From NCBI GenBank assembly GCA_031548365.1, contig JAVBRD010000006.1, forward strand, positions 36,030 through 100,029: a stretch of DNA of 64,000 bases, read 5' to 3'. Positions 19,919-29,223 of this stretch are shown here, one piece after another. Under the pieces are notes generated by a model. That model made no database searches and was not told the origin of the DNA. It saw nothing but the letters and a program-made list of their open reading frames with translations. The translations under genes and the position numbers were made by a program. Numbering within the stretch: the first letter of the stretch is position 1; every line of letters begins with the position of its first letter. The stretch is from Eubacteriales bacterium. Lineage in GTDB: Bacteria; Bacillota; Clostridia; Christensenellales; UBA1750.

Positions 19919-20449
19919 TTAAGCCTCTTTTTGATCCTTGATGGCGTTGAGAGTGTACAGCAGGCTGCGGAGCGTGCCGGCCAGAACGTTGACAAAGCCG
20001 GTGATCGGAGCGTTCATGCTGCCGAGCATCTTGGCGATGAGCACCTCGCGCGGGGGAAGATCGGCCAGCGCCTTGACGCCGGCTGCGTCGATGACGCGAC
20101 CGTCCAGCACGCCGCACTTGATGACCATTTTCTTGTTCTTGGCGATGTATTCGCTGACGATCTTGGCGGGAGCGACCGGATCGGACATGCCGAACGCGAA
20201 AGAAGAGGGGCCGTTCAGGTGAGCGTCCATTTCGCTTAAGCCGAGCTCAGCCGCTGCGCGTGTGACGAGCTTGTTTTTCAGAACCTTGTAAGTGACGCCC
20301 GCTTTTCTGAACTGCGTGCGCAGCGCGGTGTCTTCCTCCACGGTCAAGCCGCGATAATCGATGACCACCATCGACTTGCTCGACTTCATCAGCTCAACGA
20401 TCTCACTGACCAGCGCCGCTTTTTCTTCGTGGGCTTTCTTGAGGAACAC
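19919..20449 (-). CDS. rplJ: 50S ribosomal protein L10
   Basis: L10 sequence throughout. The GTG at 20449 lies 7 nt after GAGGTGA; the longer track ORF would run through the leader terminator. Confidence 0.92.
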   Translation of the reverse strand: MFLKKAHEEKAALVSEIVELMKSSKSMVVIDYRGLTVEEDTALRTQFRKAGVTYKVLKNKLVTRAAAELGLSEMDAHLNGPSSFAFGMSDPVAPAKIVSEYIAKNKKMVIKCGVLDGRVIDAAGVKALADLPPREVLIAKMLGSMNAPITGFVNVLAGTLRSLLYTLNAIKDQKEA

Positions 20450-20606
20450 GATGTTTTCACCTCGTTTCGGTCTTTGATGCATAGAAAAACCCTCGCGCGC
20501 ATGGCACGAGGGCGTTGATCATTCTCAACGATCCTGCATGCCTCGGCAGGATTTACGTCTTGCGACACCTGCTATCTACGGCGGCTAAGGTTGTTGCTAC
20601 TCGGGA
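20450..20606 (-). promoter_or_regulatory. ribosomal protein L10 leader (attenuator type)
   Basis: ~155-nt 5'UTR between the promoter and rplJ. It contains ..GCCGCCGUAGAUAGCAGGUG.. and an intrinsic terminator CCCTCG-N11-CGAGGG + TTTTT (plus-strand coordinates 20485-20514) just before the RBS, as in Firmicute L10 leaders. Confidence 0.55.
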
Positions 20607-20635
20607 ATTATATTGCAGTCGATTTGCTTTGTCAA
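20607..20635 (-). promoter_or_regulatory. sigma-A promoter (TTGACA-17-TATAAT) for rplJL
   Basis: Minus-strand TTGACA at 20630-20635 and TATAAT at 20607-20612, 17-nt spacer. Confidence 0.65.
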
Positions 20636-20664
20636 GTTTTTCGCAAAAAAAGAATTGCGACGTC

Positions 20665-20691
20665 TTGATTTGGTGATTCCGATGTGATAAT
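20665..20691 (+). promoter_or_regulatory. putative extended -10 promoter for rpsB-tsf
   Basis: TTGATT (20665-20670), 15-nt spacer, TGtGATAAT (20683-20691). Confidence 0.4.
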
Positions 20692-20799
20692 CTCAGAGGA
20701 GCGCAATTACACACCTGTTCTGAGCCGGTGTCCTGCCCGATGGGGTGTAAACCGGACGACGACGAACAGGGAGGCGTACATTTTAAGGAGGGAATCCCC

Positions 20800-21561
<762 letters not shown>

Positions 21562-21586
21562 TCGAGCGAAGAAAGGATGACCCAAT

Positions 21587-22237
21587 ATGTTCACAGCCAC
21601 GGATGTTAAAGCGCTCCGCGATAAAACCGGCGCAGGCATGATGGATTGCAAGAAGGCCCTTACGGAGACCGACGGCAACATGGAGAAGGCCATCGAGTTC
21701 CTTCGCGAAAAGGGCCTCGCCGACGCCGCCAAAAAGCAGTCGCGCATCGCCGCCGAAGGTATTGTCGAGAGCTACATTCACATGGGCGGCCGCATCGGCG
21801 TGCTCGTTGAAGTTAACTGCGAAACCGACTTTGTCGCCAAGACCGACGATTTCAAAGCCCTTGTGCACGACATCGCCATGCACATCGCCGCCGCAAAGCC
21901 GGAGTATCTCTCCAGCGCTGACGTTCCCGCGGACGTGCTCGAGAAAGAAAAGGAAATCCTTCGCGCGCAGGCGCTCAACGAGGGCAAACCCGAGAAGATC
22001 ATCGACAAAATGGTCGAGGGCCGCATCAAGAAGTATTTTGAGGATTACTGCCTGCTTGATCAGGCGTTTGTCAAGGACACGGACAAAACGATCAATCAGT
22101 TGGTGACAGAGAAAGTCGCGATCATCAAAGAGAAAATCAGTATTCGCCGTTTCGTTCGCTACGAGATGGGCGAAGGCATTGAGAAACGCAAAGATGATTT
22201 CGCCGCCGAGGTCATGGGGCAAGCGACGAAGGCGTAA
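21587..22237 (+). CDS. tsf: elongation factor Ts
   Basis: [23 protein letters not shown] and the remainder match a short-form EF-Ts. Confidence 0.95.
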   Translation: MFTATDVKALRDKTGAGMMDCKKALTETDGNMEKAIEFLREKGLADAAKKQSRIAAEGIVESYIHMGGRIGVLVEVNCETDFVAKTDDFKALVHDIAMHIAAAKPEYLSSADVPADVLEKEKEILRAQALNEGKPEKIIDKMVEGRIKKYFEDYCLLDQAFVKDTDKTINQLVTEKVAIIKEKISIRRFVRYEMGEGIEKRKDDFAAEVMGQATKA

Positions 22238-22245
22238 GGCGACCC

Positions 22246-22274
22246 AAGGGAACACCGCGGTGTTCCCTTTTTTT
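22246..22274 (+). terminator. rho-independent terminator after tsf
   Basis: GGGAACAC-CGCG-GTGTTCCC followed by TTTTTTT. Confidence 0.75.
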
Positions 22275-22307
22275 AGCGGTAGAACGCATTTTTGGGGAGG
22301 TAAAACG

Positions 22308-23021
22308 GTGCAAACTAAGTACAAGCGCGTGATCCTCAAGCTCAGCGGCGAAGCGCTCGGAGGGGAAAATGGTTTTGGCCTGGATCACGATGTGATCAAT
22401 GGCATTGCCGACCAGATTATTGAGTTGCGCAAACTAAATGTGGACGTGGGCGTGGTGGTTGGCGGAGGGAACTTCTGGCGCGGACGCCAGGGCGCGACCG
22501 TCAACATGAACGCGACGACCGCCGACCATATGGGTATGCTGGGTACTGCGATCAATGCGCTCGCCATGCAGGACGCGCTTGAGCGCAAGGGGCAGGACAC
22601 GCGCGTGATGACGGCGGTCGAGATGCGCACGTTTGCGGAACCGTACATCTGCAGGCGCGCGACGCGCCATCTCGAAAAAGGCCGGGTCATCATTTTCGCG
22701 TGCGGCACGGGCAACCCTTTTTTCACCACCGACACGGGCGCGGCGCTTCGTGCTGCGGAAATTGGTGCGGACGCCGTTTTGATGGCGAAAAACATCGACG
22801 GTCTTTATGATGATGATCCGAACAAAAACAAGAATGCGAGCAAAATTGAATCAATCAGCTTTGATGAGGTGCTCGCGAAGAACCTAAAACTCGTGGATAA
22901 CACGGCGGTCGCGCTCTGCAAGAACAACAACATACCGATCATCGTTTTCGCGCTGGGCGGCAAAGGCGAGATCACGCGCGCGATCAGCGGTGAAGTGAGC
23001 GGGACGATCATCTGTGGGTAG
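22308..23021 (+). CDS. pyrH: UMP kinase
   Basis: YKRVILKLSGEALGG..VVGGGNFWRG. GTG at 22308 follows GGGGAGG and lies downstream of the tsf terminator. Confidence 0.95.
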   Translation: MQTKYKRVILKLSGEALGGENGFGLDHDVINGIADQIIELRKLNVDVGVVVGGGNFWRGRQGATVNMNATTADHMGMLGTAINALAMQDALERKGQDTRVMTAVEMRTFAEPYICRRATRHLEKGRVIIFACGTGNPFFTTDTGAALRAAEIGADAVLMAKNIDGLYDDDPNKNKNASKIESISFDEVLAKNLKLVDNTAVALCKNNNIPIIVFALGGKGEITRAISGEVSGTIICG

Positions 23022-24288
23022 CACCGGAGATGAGTTTGGCGGCTTGATGGAGCCCGTGGAGCTCAAGCGGCTGCTGACGTCCTTTTCGCTCTCGGCAAGC
23101 GTATGCGCGCGGTATGTGGGTATGGACGGTGCCATCATTGCGCCTGACGAGCCCGGCGCTTCGTGCTCGTTCTGCGACGCCATGCAGCAAAGCCGCGCGG
23201 GCAGGGAGCGGTGCGTCGCCGCTATGCAGGCGGGCGCGCGGGAGTCCGCGCGTTTTGGTGAGCCCTATGTCATGCGCTGCCACGCGGGAGCCGTTGAGAT
23301 TGTTTCCGCAGTAATCGATGCCGGGCAGCTCGCCGGCGGCGTTTGCTGCGGCCCCCTTTTCATGTGGGAGTGGGACGCGCTGGCCGCGACCGAGCTTTCA
23401 GAGCGCACCGAGGGCCTTGATGTGCCCGCGCACGCGTTGGCGGAGGCAGCTCGCGGCGCGCGCGTACTTGACGCGCGATCCGTGCGCGCCATTTCGGACA
23501 TGCTGCACGTGCTGGTGGGCCATATTGCGCACACAGGCGAGGAGATGCTCCGCCAGCGCAAAGCCATCAGCGAGCAGCAGGCGCTGATCTGGGAGCTGGT
23601 CATGTCCCAGCAGGGAACGGGGGTGCCCGTCTACCCGCTGGAAATGGAGCGGCGCTTGATGGAACTTGTGCGTTGCGGCGACCGCGCAGGCGCGAAACGC
23701 ATCCTCAACCAGCTGCTCGGACGCGTATTCTATGCGACGGCGGACGTCGCCGTCATCAAAGCGCGTGTTCTGGAGCTGGTTGTCATGCTCTCGCGATCCG
23801 CTGTCGAAGTGGGCGCTTCGCTCAACGTGCTGCTCGGTATGAACTACCACTTCATCAGCGAGCTGTCCGAACTCGTCAGCTTTGAGGACGTGTGCGCATG
23901 GGTGGTGAAGGTGCTTGACTCTTTCTTGGACGCGTCCCTTGAGAGCCGCGCGTCCATGAAAACCGAGCATGTGCTCGAGCGCGCGATGGCTGTGGTCCGC
24001 GGGCGGTTCAGTGAAAACCTGACGCTTGACAAGGTCGCGCAAAGCGTGCACATCAGTCCGTTTTACCTGAGCCACCTGCTCAAGGAGAAACACGGTTTTA
24101 CGTTCATTGAATACTTAACGCGCGTGCGCATAGATGAGGCCAAGATGCTGCTCTCGGGCACGGGTCGCTCCATTCGCCAGGTTGCGGCCGATGTGGGGTA
24201 CGTCGACGCGGGGTATTTCACCAAGGTTTTCAAGAAGATGGTGGGCACGACACCCGGTGAGTACCGCGAAAAGAACGCGACATTGTAG
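23014..24288 (+). CDS. AraC-family transcriptional regulator with N-terminal PocR sensor domain
   Basis: The N-terminal CSFCDAMQ..RC...GEPYVMRCHAGAVEI pattern is typical of PocR. The C-terminal double HTH (SVHISPFYLSHLLKEKHGFTF..ARVDEAKMLL..VGYVDAGYFTKVFKK) is AraC-like. The start may be 23014 (overlapping pyrH) or the ATG at 23047. Confidence 0.8.
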   Translation: MGSTGDEFGGLMEPVELKRLLTSFSLSASVCARYVGMDGAIIAPDEPGASCSFCDAMQQSRAGRERCVAAMQAGARESARFGEPYVMRCHAGAVEIVSAVIDAGQLAGGVCCGPLFMWEWDALAATELSERTEGLDVPAHALAEAARGARVLDARSVRAISDMLHVLVGHIAHTGEEMLRQRKAISEQQALIWELVMSQQGTGVPVYPLEMERRLMELVRCGDRAGAKRILNQLLGRVFYATADVAVIKARVLELVVMLSRSAVEVGASLNVLLGMNYHFISELSELVSFEDVCAWVVKVLDSFLDASLESRASMKTEHVLERAMAVVRGRFSENLTLDKVAQSVHISPFYLSHLLKEKHGFTFIEYLTRVRIDEAKMLLSGTGRSIRQVAADVGYVDAGYFTKVFKKMVGTTPGEYREKNATL

Positions 24289-24397
24289 TCCGCTGTCAAG
24301 AATCGCAAAAAATTACCATTGGTTAACGTGTTTGTCCCTTTCACTTGAAGCGCTTGGTGTGGTATAGTGAGCGCAACTTATACTAGGAGGCGTACGA

Positions 24398-25036
24398 ATG
24401 GCAGATTTCAAGGCGATTTCTGAAGCGCTCAAAGCCGGTAAAGCCCCGGCCGTCAAGCAGCTCGTGCAGGACGCGGTCAACGAGGGCGTCAATCCTGAGG
24501 AAATCCTGAACAAGTCTCTCGTCGTCGGCATGGGCGAAATCGGTGAGCTGTTTAAGAACAATGAAGTGTACGTTCCCGAGGTGCTCATCGCCGCGCGCGC
24601 GATGAAGGCCGGTATGGAAATCATCAAGCCCCTTCTGGTCGCCAAGGATGTCAAGCCCATCGCCAAGGTCGCCATCGGCACCGTCAAAGGCGACTTGCAC
24701 GACATTGGCAAGAATCTCGTCGGCATGATGCTCGAAGGCGCCGGCTTCCAGGTGATCGACCTCGGTATCGACGTTGGTCCCGAGAAGTTCCTCGACGCTT
24801 GCGTCAATCAGGGCGCAACACTCATCGGCCTTTCTGCGCTGCTCACCACCACGATGCCCAGCATGAAGGACACCGTTGAAGCCCTCAAAAACGCTGGTAT
24901 CCGCAACAAGGTTGGCGTCATGATCGGTGGCGCTCCGGTCACGCAGAACTTCTCCGATGAGATCGGCGCTGACGGTTACACACCCGATGCCGCGTCCGCG
25001 GTTGATCTTGCTAAAGCGCTCATCGCCAAGCTGTAA
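24398..25036 (+). CDS. cobalamin-binding corrinoid protein (MtaC/MtbC-like)
   Basis: 212 aa. N-terminal helical cap plus a Rossmann B12 domain with the GDLHDIGKNLV (DxHxxG) motif, ..SALLTTT.., ..MIGGAP. Confidence 0.87.
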   Translation: MADFKAISEALKAGKAPAVKQLVQDAVNEGVNPEEILNKSLVVGMGEIGELFKNNEVYVPEVLIAARAMKAGMEIIKPLLVAKDVKPIAKVAIGTVKGDLHDIGKNLVGMMLEGAGFQVIDLGIDVGPEKFLDACVNQGATLIGLSALLTTTMPSMKDTVEALKNAGIRNKVGVMIGGAPVTQNFSDEIGADGYTPDAASAVDLAKALIAKL

Positions 25037-25052
25037 ATCGTTTCGCCAAAAA

Positions 25053-25083
25053 ACGCTGACTCCGAAAGGAGTCGGCGTTTTTG
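25053..25083. terminator. bidirectional rho-independent terminator
   Basis: ACGCTGACTCC-GAAA-GGAGTCGGCGT flanked by an A-run and a T-run, between two convergent genes. Confidence 0.7.
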
Positions 25084-25136
25084 TTGCACGGAACGCGGCC
25101 GGAGGTTATAATGGACTAGAGAAGCGTGAGGGTGGT

Positions 25137-25952
25137 TCACGCACCGAAAGGCTTCGTCTCATCCGCACGCCTCTTTAATCTTCGGATCTGTGCGGTGATG
25201 CTTACGCAGGCGAGCGCGAGTGACATCGCCAGCGCGATCCACGCGCTTGTCAACACGTAGAATACGACCAGTAGCGCGGCGTAGAGCAAACTGGGTTTTG
25301 CGATTTCGGGACGCGCGATGCGGTCGAGCACACGCGTTTTTTCACGTGAGGCGATGTGCGCGATGCCGGTCAGGTCTAGCATGGGGAGCAGCGCGCGCAA
25401 GTGCTCACTTCCGAGCCAGACGAGAGTGGTGACGGGCATGCACAGCGCATCGCGAGGGCGTTTCTCCGGCGGGATGGGCGCGAAAACAGCCGCGATGTCC
25501 GCGCCGCAGCGTGCCGCGCATCTTCTAATGGCCAGCGTTTTTCTAGCGCTCAGTCCTTCGTTCGCAGGGCATGGCGCGGCAAAGACGAGTATGGTTTTTC
25601 CTCCGATCGCACACAAGGCGGACGAGCCGTTCACCCGTAAGATCGAGGCACCGTTATGTTTTGCGAATGTGGGCAGAATCCATGTGAGCGCGTCGGAGGG
25701 GGTCAGCGCGTTAAAGTGCAGTACCGCCCGTTCAAGGTCTCTCTCTTGGGAAGCGCGGTTCGACTTCCTGCGCGACATCGCGCGCTCGGCGAGGCCAAAG
25801 CACATTGCCACCGCCGTTGTCGCGGGAAGTGCTACAAGCACTGCCTGGGGTAGACGAAGGCCGGATGCGCTGAAGAGCAGCACGGTGACGGCCAACAAGG
25901 CTATGGCGATGAACCCGTGATCGAGAACACGTCCGAGCGCTGAGCGTTGCAT
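25137..25952 (-). CDS. hypothetical membrane protein (2 TM - soluble domain - 2 TM)
   Basis: 271 aa. Hydrophobic helices at aa ~12-60 and ~215-260 flank a ~150-aa soluble core. I do not recognise the family. Confidence 0.5.
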   Translation of the reverse strand: MQRSALGRVLDHGFIAIALLAVTVLLFSASGLRLPQAVLVALPATTAVAMCFGLAERAMSRRKSNRASQERDLERAVLHFNALTPSDALTWILPTFAKHNGASILRVNGSSALCAIGGKTILVFAAPCPANEGLSARKTLAIRRCAARCGADIAAVFAPIPPEKRPRDALCMPVTTLVWLGSEHLRALLPMLDLTGIAHIASREKTRVLDRIARPEIAKPSLLYAALLVVFYVLTSAWIALAMSLALACVSITAQIRRLKRRADETKPFGA

Positions 25953-26061
25953 GGCGATCTCCCTTCAGGGTTTATATATACAGTGTAACCGATCAGGCTT
26001 GTAACATGCATTCCCTCAGATGTGGGTACAATGACTTGAGTTTGTGAAAGGATGATGCGGT

Positions 26062-26751
26062 ATGGCCAAGCGTCTGCTGATCGTCGATGACGAGCCCAGC
26101 ATAGTCAAGGGGCTCAAATACAGCCTCGAGCAAGATGGATATGAGACGCTCGTCGCGACGGACGGGCAGGAAGCGCTTGATGTTTTCGCGGCGAACAAGG
26201 TCGACCTGATTTTGCTGGACGTCATGCTCCCCAAAATCGGCGGTCTTGAGGTGTGCCAAAGGATCCGCGAAGTATCCAACGTCCCCATCATCATGGTCAC
26301 GGCAAAAGGGGAAGATCTGGACAAGATCCTCGGCCTTGAGTACGGCGCGGACGATTACATGACCAAGCCTTTCAATCGCCTGGAGGTCAAAGCGCGCATC
26401 AAAACGATTTTGCGCCGTGTGGAGAACTCCACGACAGACAGCGCGCCGCGTGAGATCACCGCGCGCAACATGGTCGTCAATCTCGTCAAGCGCACGGTAA
26501 CGGTCGATAACAGGGACATTTATCTAACGGCTAAGGAGTTTGACTTGTTGCAGTTGTTCATCACCAACCGCGGCAAGGCGTTCTCGCGCTCTGAACTGCT
26601 GGATACGATCTGGAAAGATGACTTCGACGGCGAGGACCGCACGGTAGACGTGCATATCTCACGACTGCGCGAAAAAATAGAGGCAAACCCCAAAAAGCCC
26701 GAGTTCATCATCACCATCTGGGGAGTGGGATACTATTTCGCAGACAAGTAG
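26062..26751 (+). CDS. OmpR/PhoB-family response regulator
   Basis: Receiver (LLIVDDE..LILLDVMLP..MVTAKG) plus a winged-helix output (TVDVHISRLREKIE..IITIWGVGY). Confidence 0.93.
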   Translation: MAKRLLIVDDEPSIVKGLKYSLEQDGYETLVATDGQEALDVFAANKVDLILLDVMLPKIGGLEVCQRIREVSNVPIIMVTAKGEDLDKILGLEYGADDYMTKPFNRLEVKARIKTILRRVENSTTDSAPREITARNMVVNLVKRTVTVDNRDIYLTAKEFDLLQLFITNRGKAFSRSELLDTIWKDDFDGEDRTVDVHISRLREKIEANPKKPEFIITIWGVGYYFADK

Positions 26752-26791
26752 CCCCTGGCTTTCGGTACGCGTCAAGATCGTCTCGGTTATC

Positions 26792-28201
26792 TTGGGACTG
26801 GTCGTGTTCGCGTTTGTCATCGTCGGGGTGGTTGTCATGCAAATCACGGCCAATACGCTCATTCCCGCGCGTATTGAGGAAGAAACCGCGGATGTAGATG
26901 CGCTTGCGGTCAGATTAGCTCCCGTATTGCTCGATCACGACATCGACAGTATGCAAAAGGTCGCGGAGTCCGTGCCCAACGCGCGCGTGCTTGTGCTTAA
27001 TCCGAGAGGTGTCGTGCTCGTGGATTCGGGCAACTCGCTCTACGGTGTTCGCCTGCAACACGCCGAGGTTGATCAGATTGTGAGCCGAAGGTCGGAGCGC
27101 GAACATGGACTTGCTCGCGTACAATCGGCTAAAAAAACCAGGGAATCCAGGTTTTCACTCAACACAATCACACGGCCGGGCGAGGAATGGGTGGGTTACT
27201 ACGTCGCCTCCATTGTCAGTCAGGGTAACAACATCGGAATGGTTTTTGTCTCATCGTCCATTCAGGATGTCGCGGACAGGCTCTGGCAGGTGCAGAGTGC
27301 GCTTTTGCTCTACTTTATCGTCGTCGCGGTCGCGGTCATTCCGCTTGGGCTTTTGCTTGCGGAGATCATCACAAGACCGATCAACGCGCTCAACCAGGTT
27401 ATGGTCAAGACCACGCGGGGCGACTTCACCGCGCGCGCGCGCGTAAACGGTCATGACGAGGTCGCGCAGCTCGCTGAAACTTTCAATATGATGAGTGAAA
27501 AATTGGAGAATATTGATAAAACGCGTTCAGAGTTCATCTCAAACGCTTCGCACGAGCTGAAGACCCCGCTCTCCGGCATGCAGATTCTTGTTGAGTCCAT
27601 GGCGGAGGATCCCGACATGCCAGAGGAGACGCGGCGCGAGTTTCTAGCGGACATATCGGGTGAGATCAAGCGATTGACCGTGATCGTGAGCGATCTTTTG
27701 ACCATGGTGCAGATGGATTCGCAAAACATGCGGCTTAAGAAGCGCGACATCATGCTGCTCAACATTGTGCAGGAAACGGTGTATAGGCTGCGGCCCATCG
27801 CGCGTGACCGAAAGATCAGCCTGACGATCGGCGCTGAGGACCCTGTGCTCGTGCACGTCGATCCGGACCGCATGTTGCAGGTGGCGTACAACCTGGTCGA
27901 CAACGCGATCAAGTACACGCACGATGGCGGCTCGGTGACGGTGGATGTGCGCAAAAGCGGCCAGAGAGCGCTTATGGTCGTCACGGACACGGGCGTTGGC
28001 ATCCCGAAGGAAGAGATTGGCCACCTGTTTGAACGCTTTTACCGTGTTGACAAAGCGCGTTCACGCGGTACAGGCGGCTCAGGGCTTGGATTGAGCATCG
28101 TACGGAACATATTGGCGCTTCACAACGGGGACATCAGCGTGGAGAGCGAGGCGGGTAAAGGATCGGTGTTCACAGCATCCCTGCCCTTGAGCGGCGTATG
28201 A
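26792..28201 (+). CDS. sensor histidine kinase (TM-extracytoplasmic-TM-HAMP-HisKA-HATPase)
   Basis: H-box FISNASHELKTPL, N-box DNAIKYT, G-boxes DTGVGI / GGSGLGLSI. The reading frame is open upstream to 26681 and already encodes TM-like residues before the first canonical start. Confidence 0.88.
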   Translation: MGLVVFAFVIVGVVVMQITANTLIPARIEEETADVDALAVRLAPVLLDHDIDSMQKVAESVPNARVLVLNPRGVVLVDSGNSLYGVRLQHAEVDQIVSRRSEREHGLARVQSAKKTRESRFSLNTITRPGEEWVGYYVASIVSQGNNIGMVFVSSSIQDVADRLWQVQSALLLYFIVVAVAVIPLGLLLAEIITRPINALNQVMVKTTRGDFTARARVNGHDEVAQLAETFNMMSEKLENIDKTRSEFISNASHELKTPLSGMQILVESMAEDPDMPEETRREFLADISGEIKRLTVIVSDLLTMVQMDSQNMRLKKRDIMLLNIVQETVYRLRPIARDRKISLTIGAEDPVLVHVDPDRMLQVAYNLVDNAIKYTHDGGSVTVDVRKSGQRALMVVTDTGVGIPKEEIGHLFERFYRVDKARSRGTGGSGLGLSIVRNILALHNGDISVESEAGKGSVFTASLPLSGV

Positions 28202-29223
28202 TGCTTAGCGATAAAGGAGAACGGTACGGTTTGAGAAAAACGCTTGTGATGATATGCGCGCTCCTTCTGCTCGCCGGATGTACGGGCGGGCTGCTTGAGG
28301 AGCGCGCTCCTGCCGGAGGCACGCCGCAACCCGTACTGCCGCGCGTGGAGGACGCTCGCGACACCATGAGCGTGATGATGTTCTACCGTTTTTTAGATGA
28401 GCCGCGCTTAGCGCTTGAGCCGCGCGAGATCACGACCAGGCTTGACAACCGGCTCTTGCTCGCTGAGGAAGTGGTCAAGGCGTGGCTGTCCGGACCCACC
28501 AACGTCGAGTTGCGCGCGCTGGTCAACGCCTCGACCACGCTCCTCGCGATCAGCGAAGAGGGCGACTTGGTCAACGTGACGCTGTCCTCCGACTTCTTAA
28601 AGCCGCTTGAACGCATGCCGCTTAATTGGCAGGCCGTCCCACAGCTCAAAGCGGAGGCTGCCGTCGATCACGAGCAATCGCTTTACGCGTTGGGCGCGAC
28701 ACTGCTTGAGCTCGGGATATGGTCCAAGGTGCAGCTGCTTGTGGCGCAAAACGCGAGCCTTGAGGGTGCGCGCGTCACATGGAACGATCTTGGCGTAGTT
28801 TCAAAGGAAGACCGTTTCGTCGAGCCGGTCGCGTGGTCCGATGAGATGGAGGATCTGGTGCTCACGCCGGTGAAAGCGCTTGAAATCGTTTTGAAAGCAT
28901 ATAATCAGCGCGACGTCAAAACCCTTCGCAAGTACCTCGCACAGGTCGGGAAAGACGGCCGCCAGAGGCCCATCGAGAGTGAACTGGAAAATTTCCTGCT
29001 CCGCTCGGTCGGTATCAAGGATGATTTTACCATTGATGCAAGCTCCGCGGTGATCACCACCAACGGTCAACAGGCGTGCGTCATCACGGACTTAACGCTC
29101 GTGCTTCAAAATGGCGCGGTGAAAGAGATGAGAAGTCATCCGATGCTGTTATACCGCGAAAATCAGCTGTGGAAACTCGACTACGCTTCCTTGGAATGGC
29201 TCAATGAACTCGCGCAGCGTTAG
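28198..29223 (+). CDS. lipoprotein with GerMN-like domain(s)
   Basis: Lipobox LLLAGC. The segment VMMFYRF..EPREI...AEEVVKAWLSGP..LLAISEEGDLVNVTLSSDF fits the GerM N-domain pattern. Start overlaps the HK stop (ATGA). Confidence 0.55.
   Translation: MMLSDKGERYGLRKTLVMICALLLLAGCTGGLLEERAPAGGTPQPVLPRVEDARDTMSVMMFYRFLDEPRLALEPREITTRLDNRLLLAEEVVKAWLSGPTNVELRALVNASTTLLAISEEGDLVNVTLSSDFLKPLERMPLNWQAVPQLKAEAAVDHEQSLYALGATLLELGIWSKVQLLVAQNASLEGARVTWNDLGVVSKEDRFVEPVAWSDEMEDLVLTPVKALEIVLKAYNQRDVKTLRKYLAQVGKDGRQRPIESELENFLLRSVGIKDDFTIDASSAVITTNGQQACVITDLTLVLQNGAVKEMRSHPMLLYRENQLWKLDYASLEWLNELAQR

Noticed and set aside
20728-20799. Extension of rpsB ([14 protein letters not shown]..) and the 20482 start of rplJ
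   Set aside because: Both extensions run through leader structures (for rplJ, through an intrinsic terminator). Canonical N-termini with good RBSs exist at 20800 and 20449.
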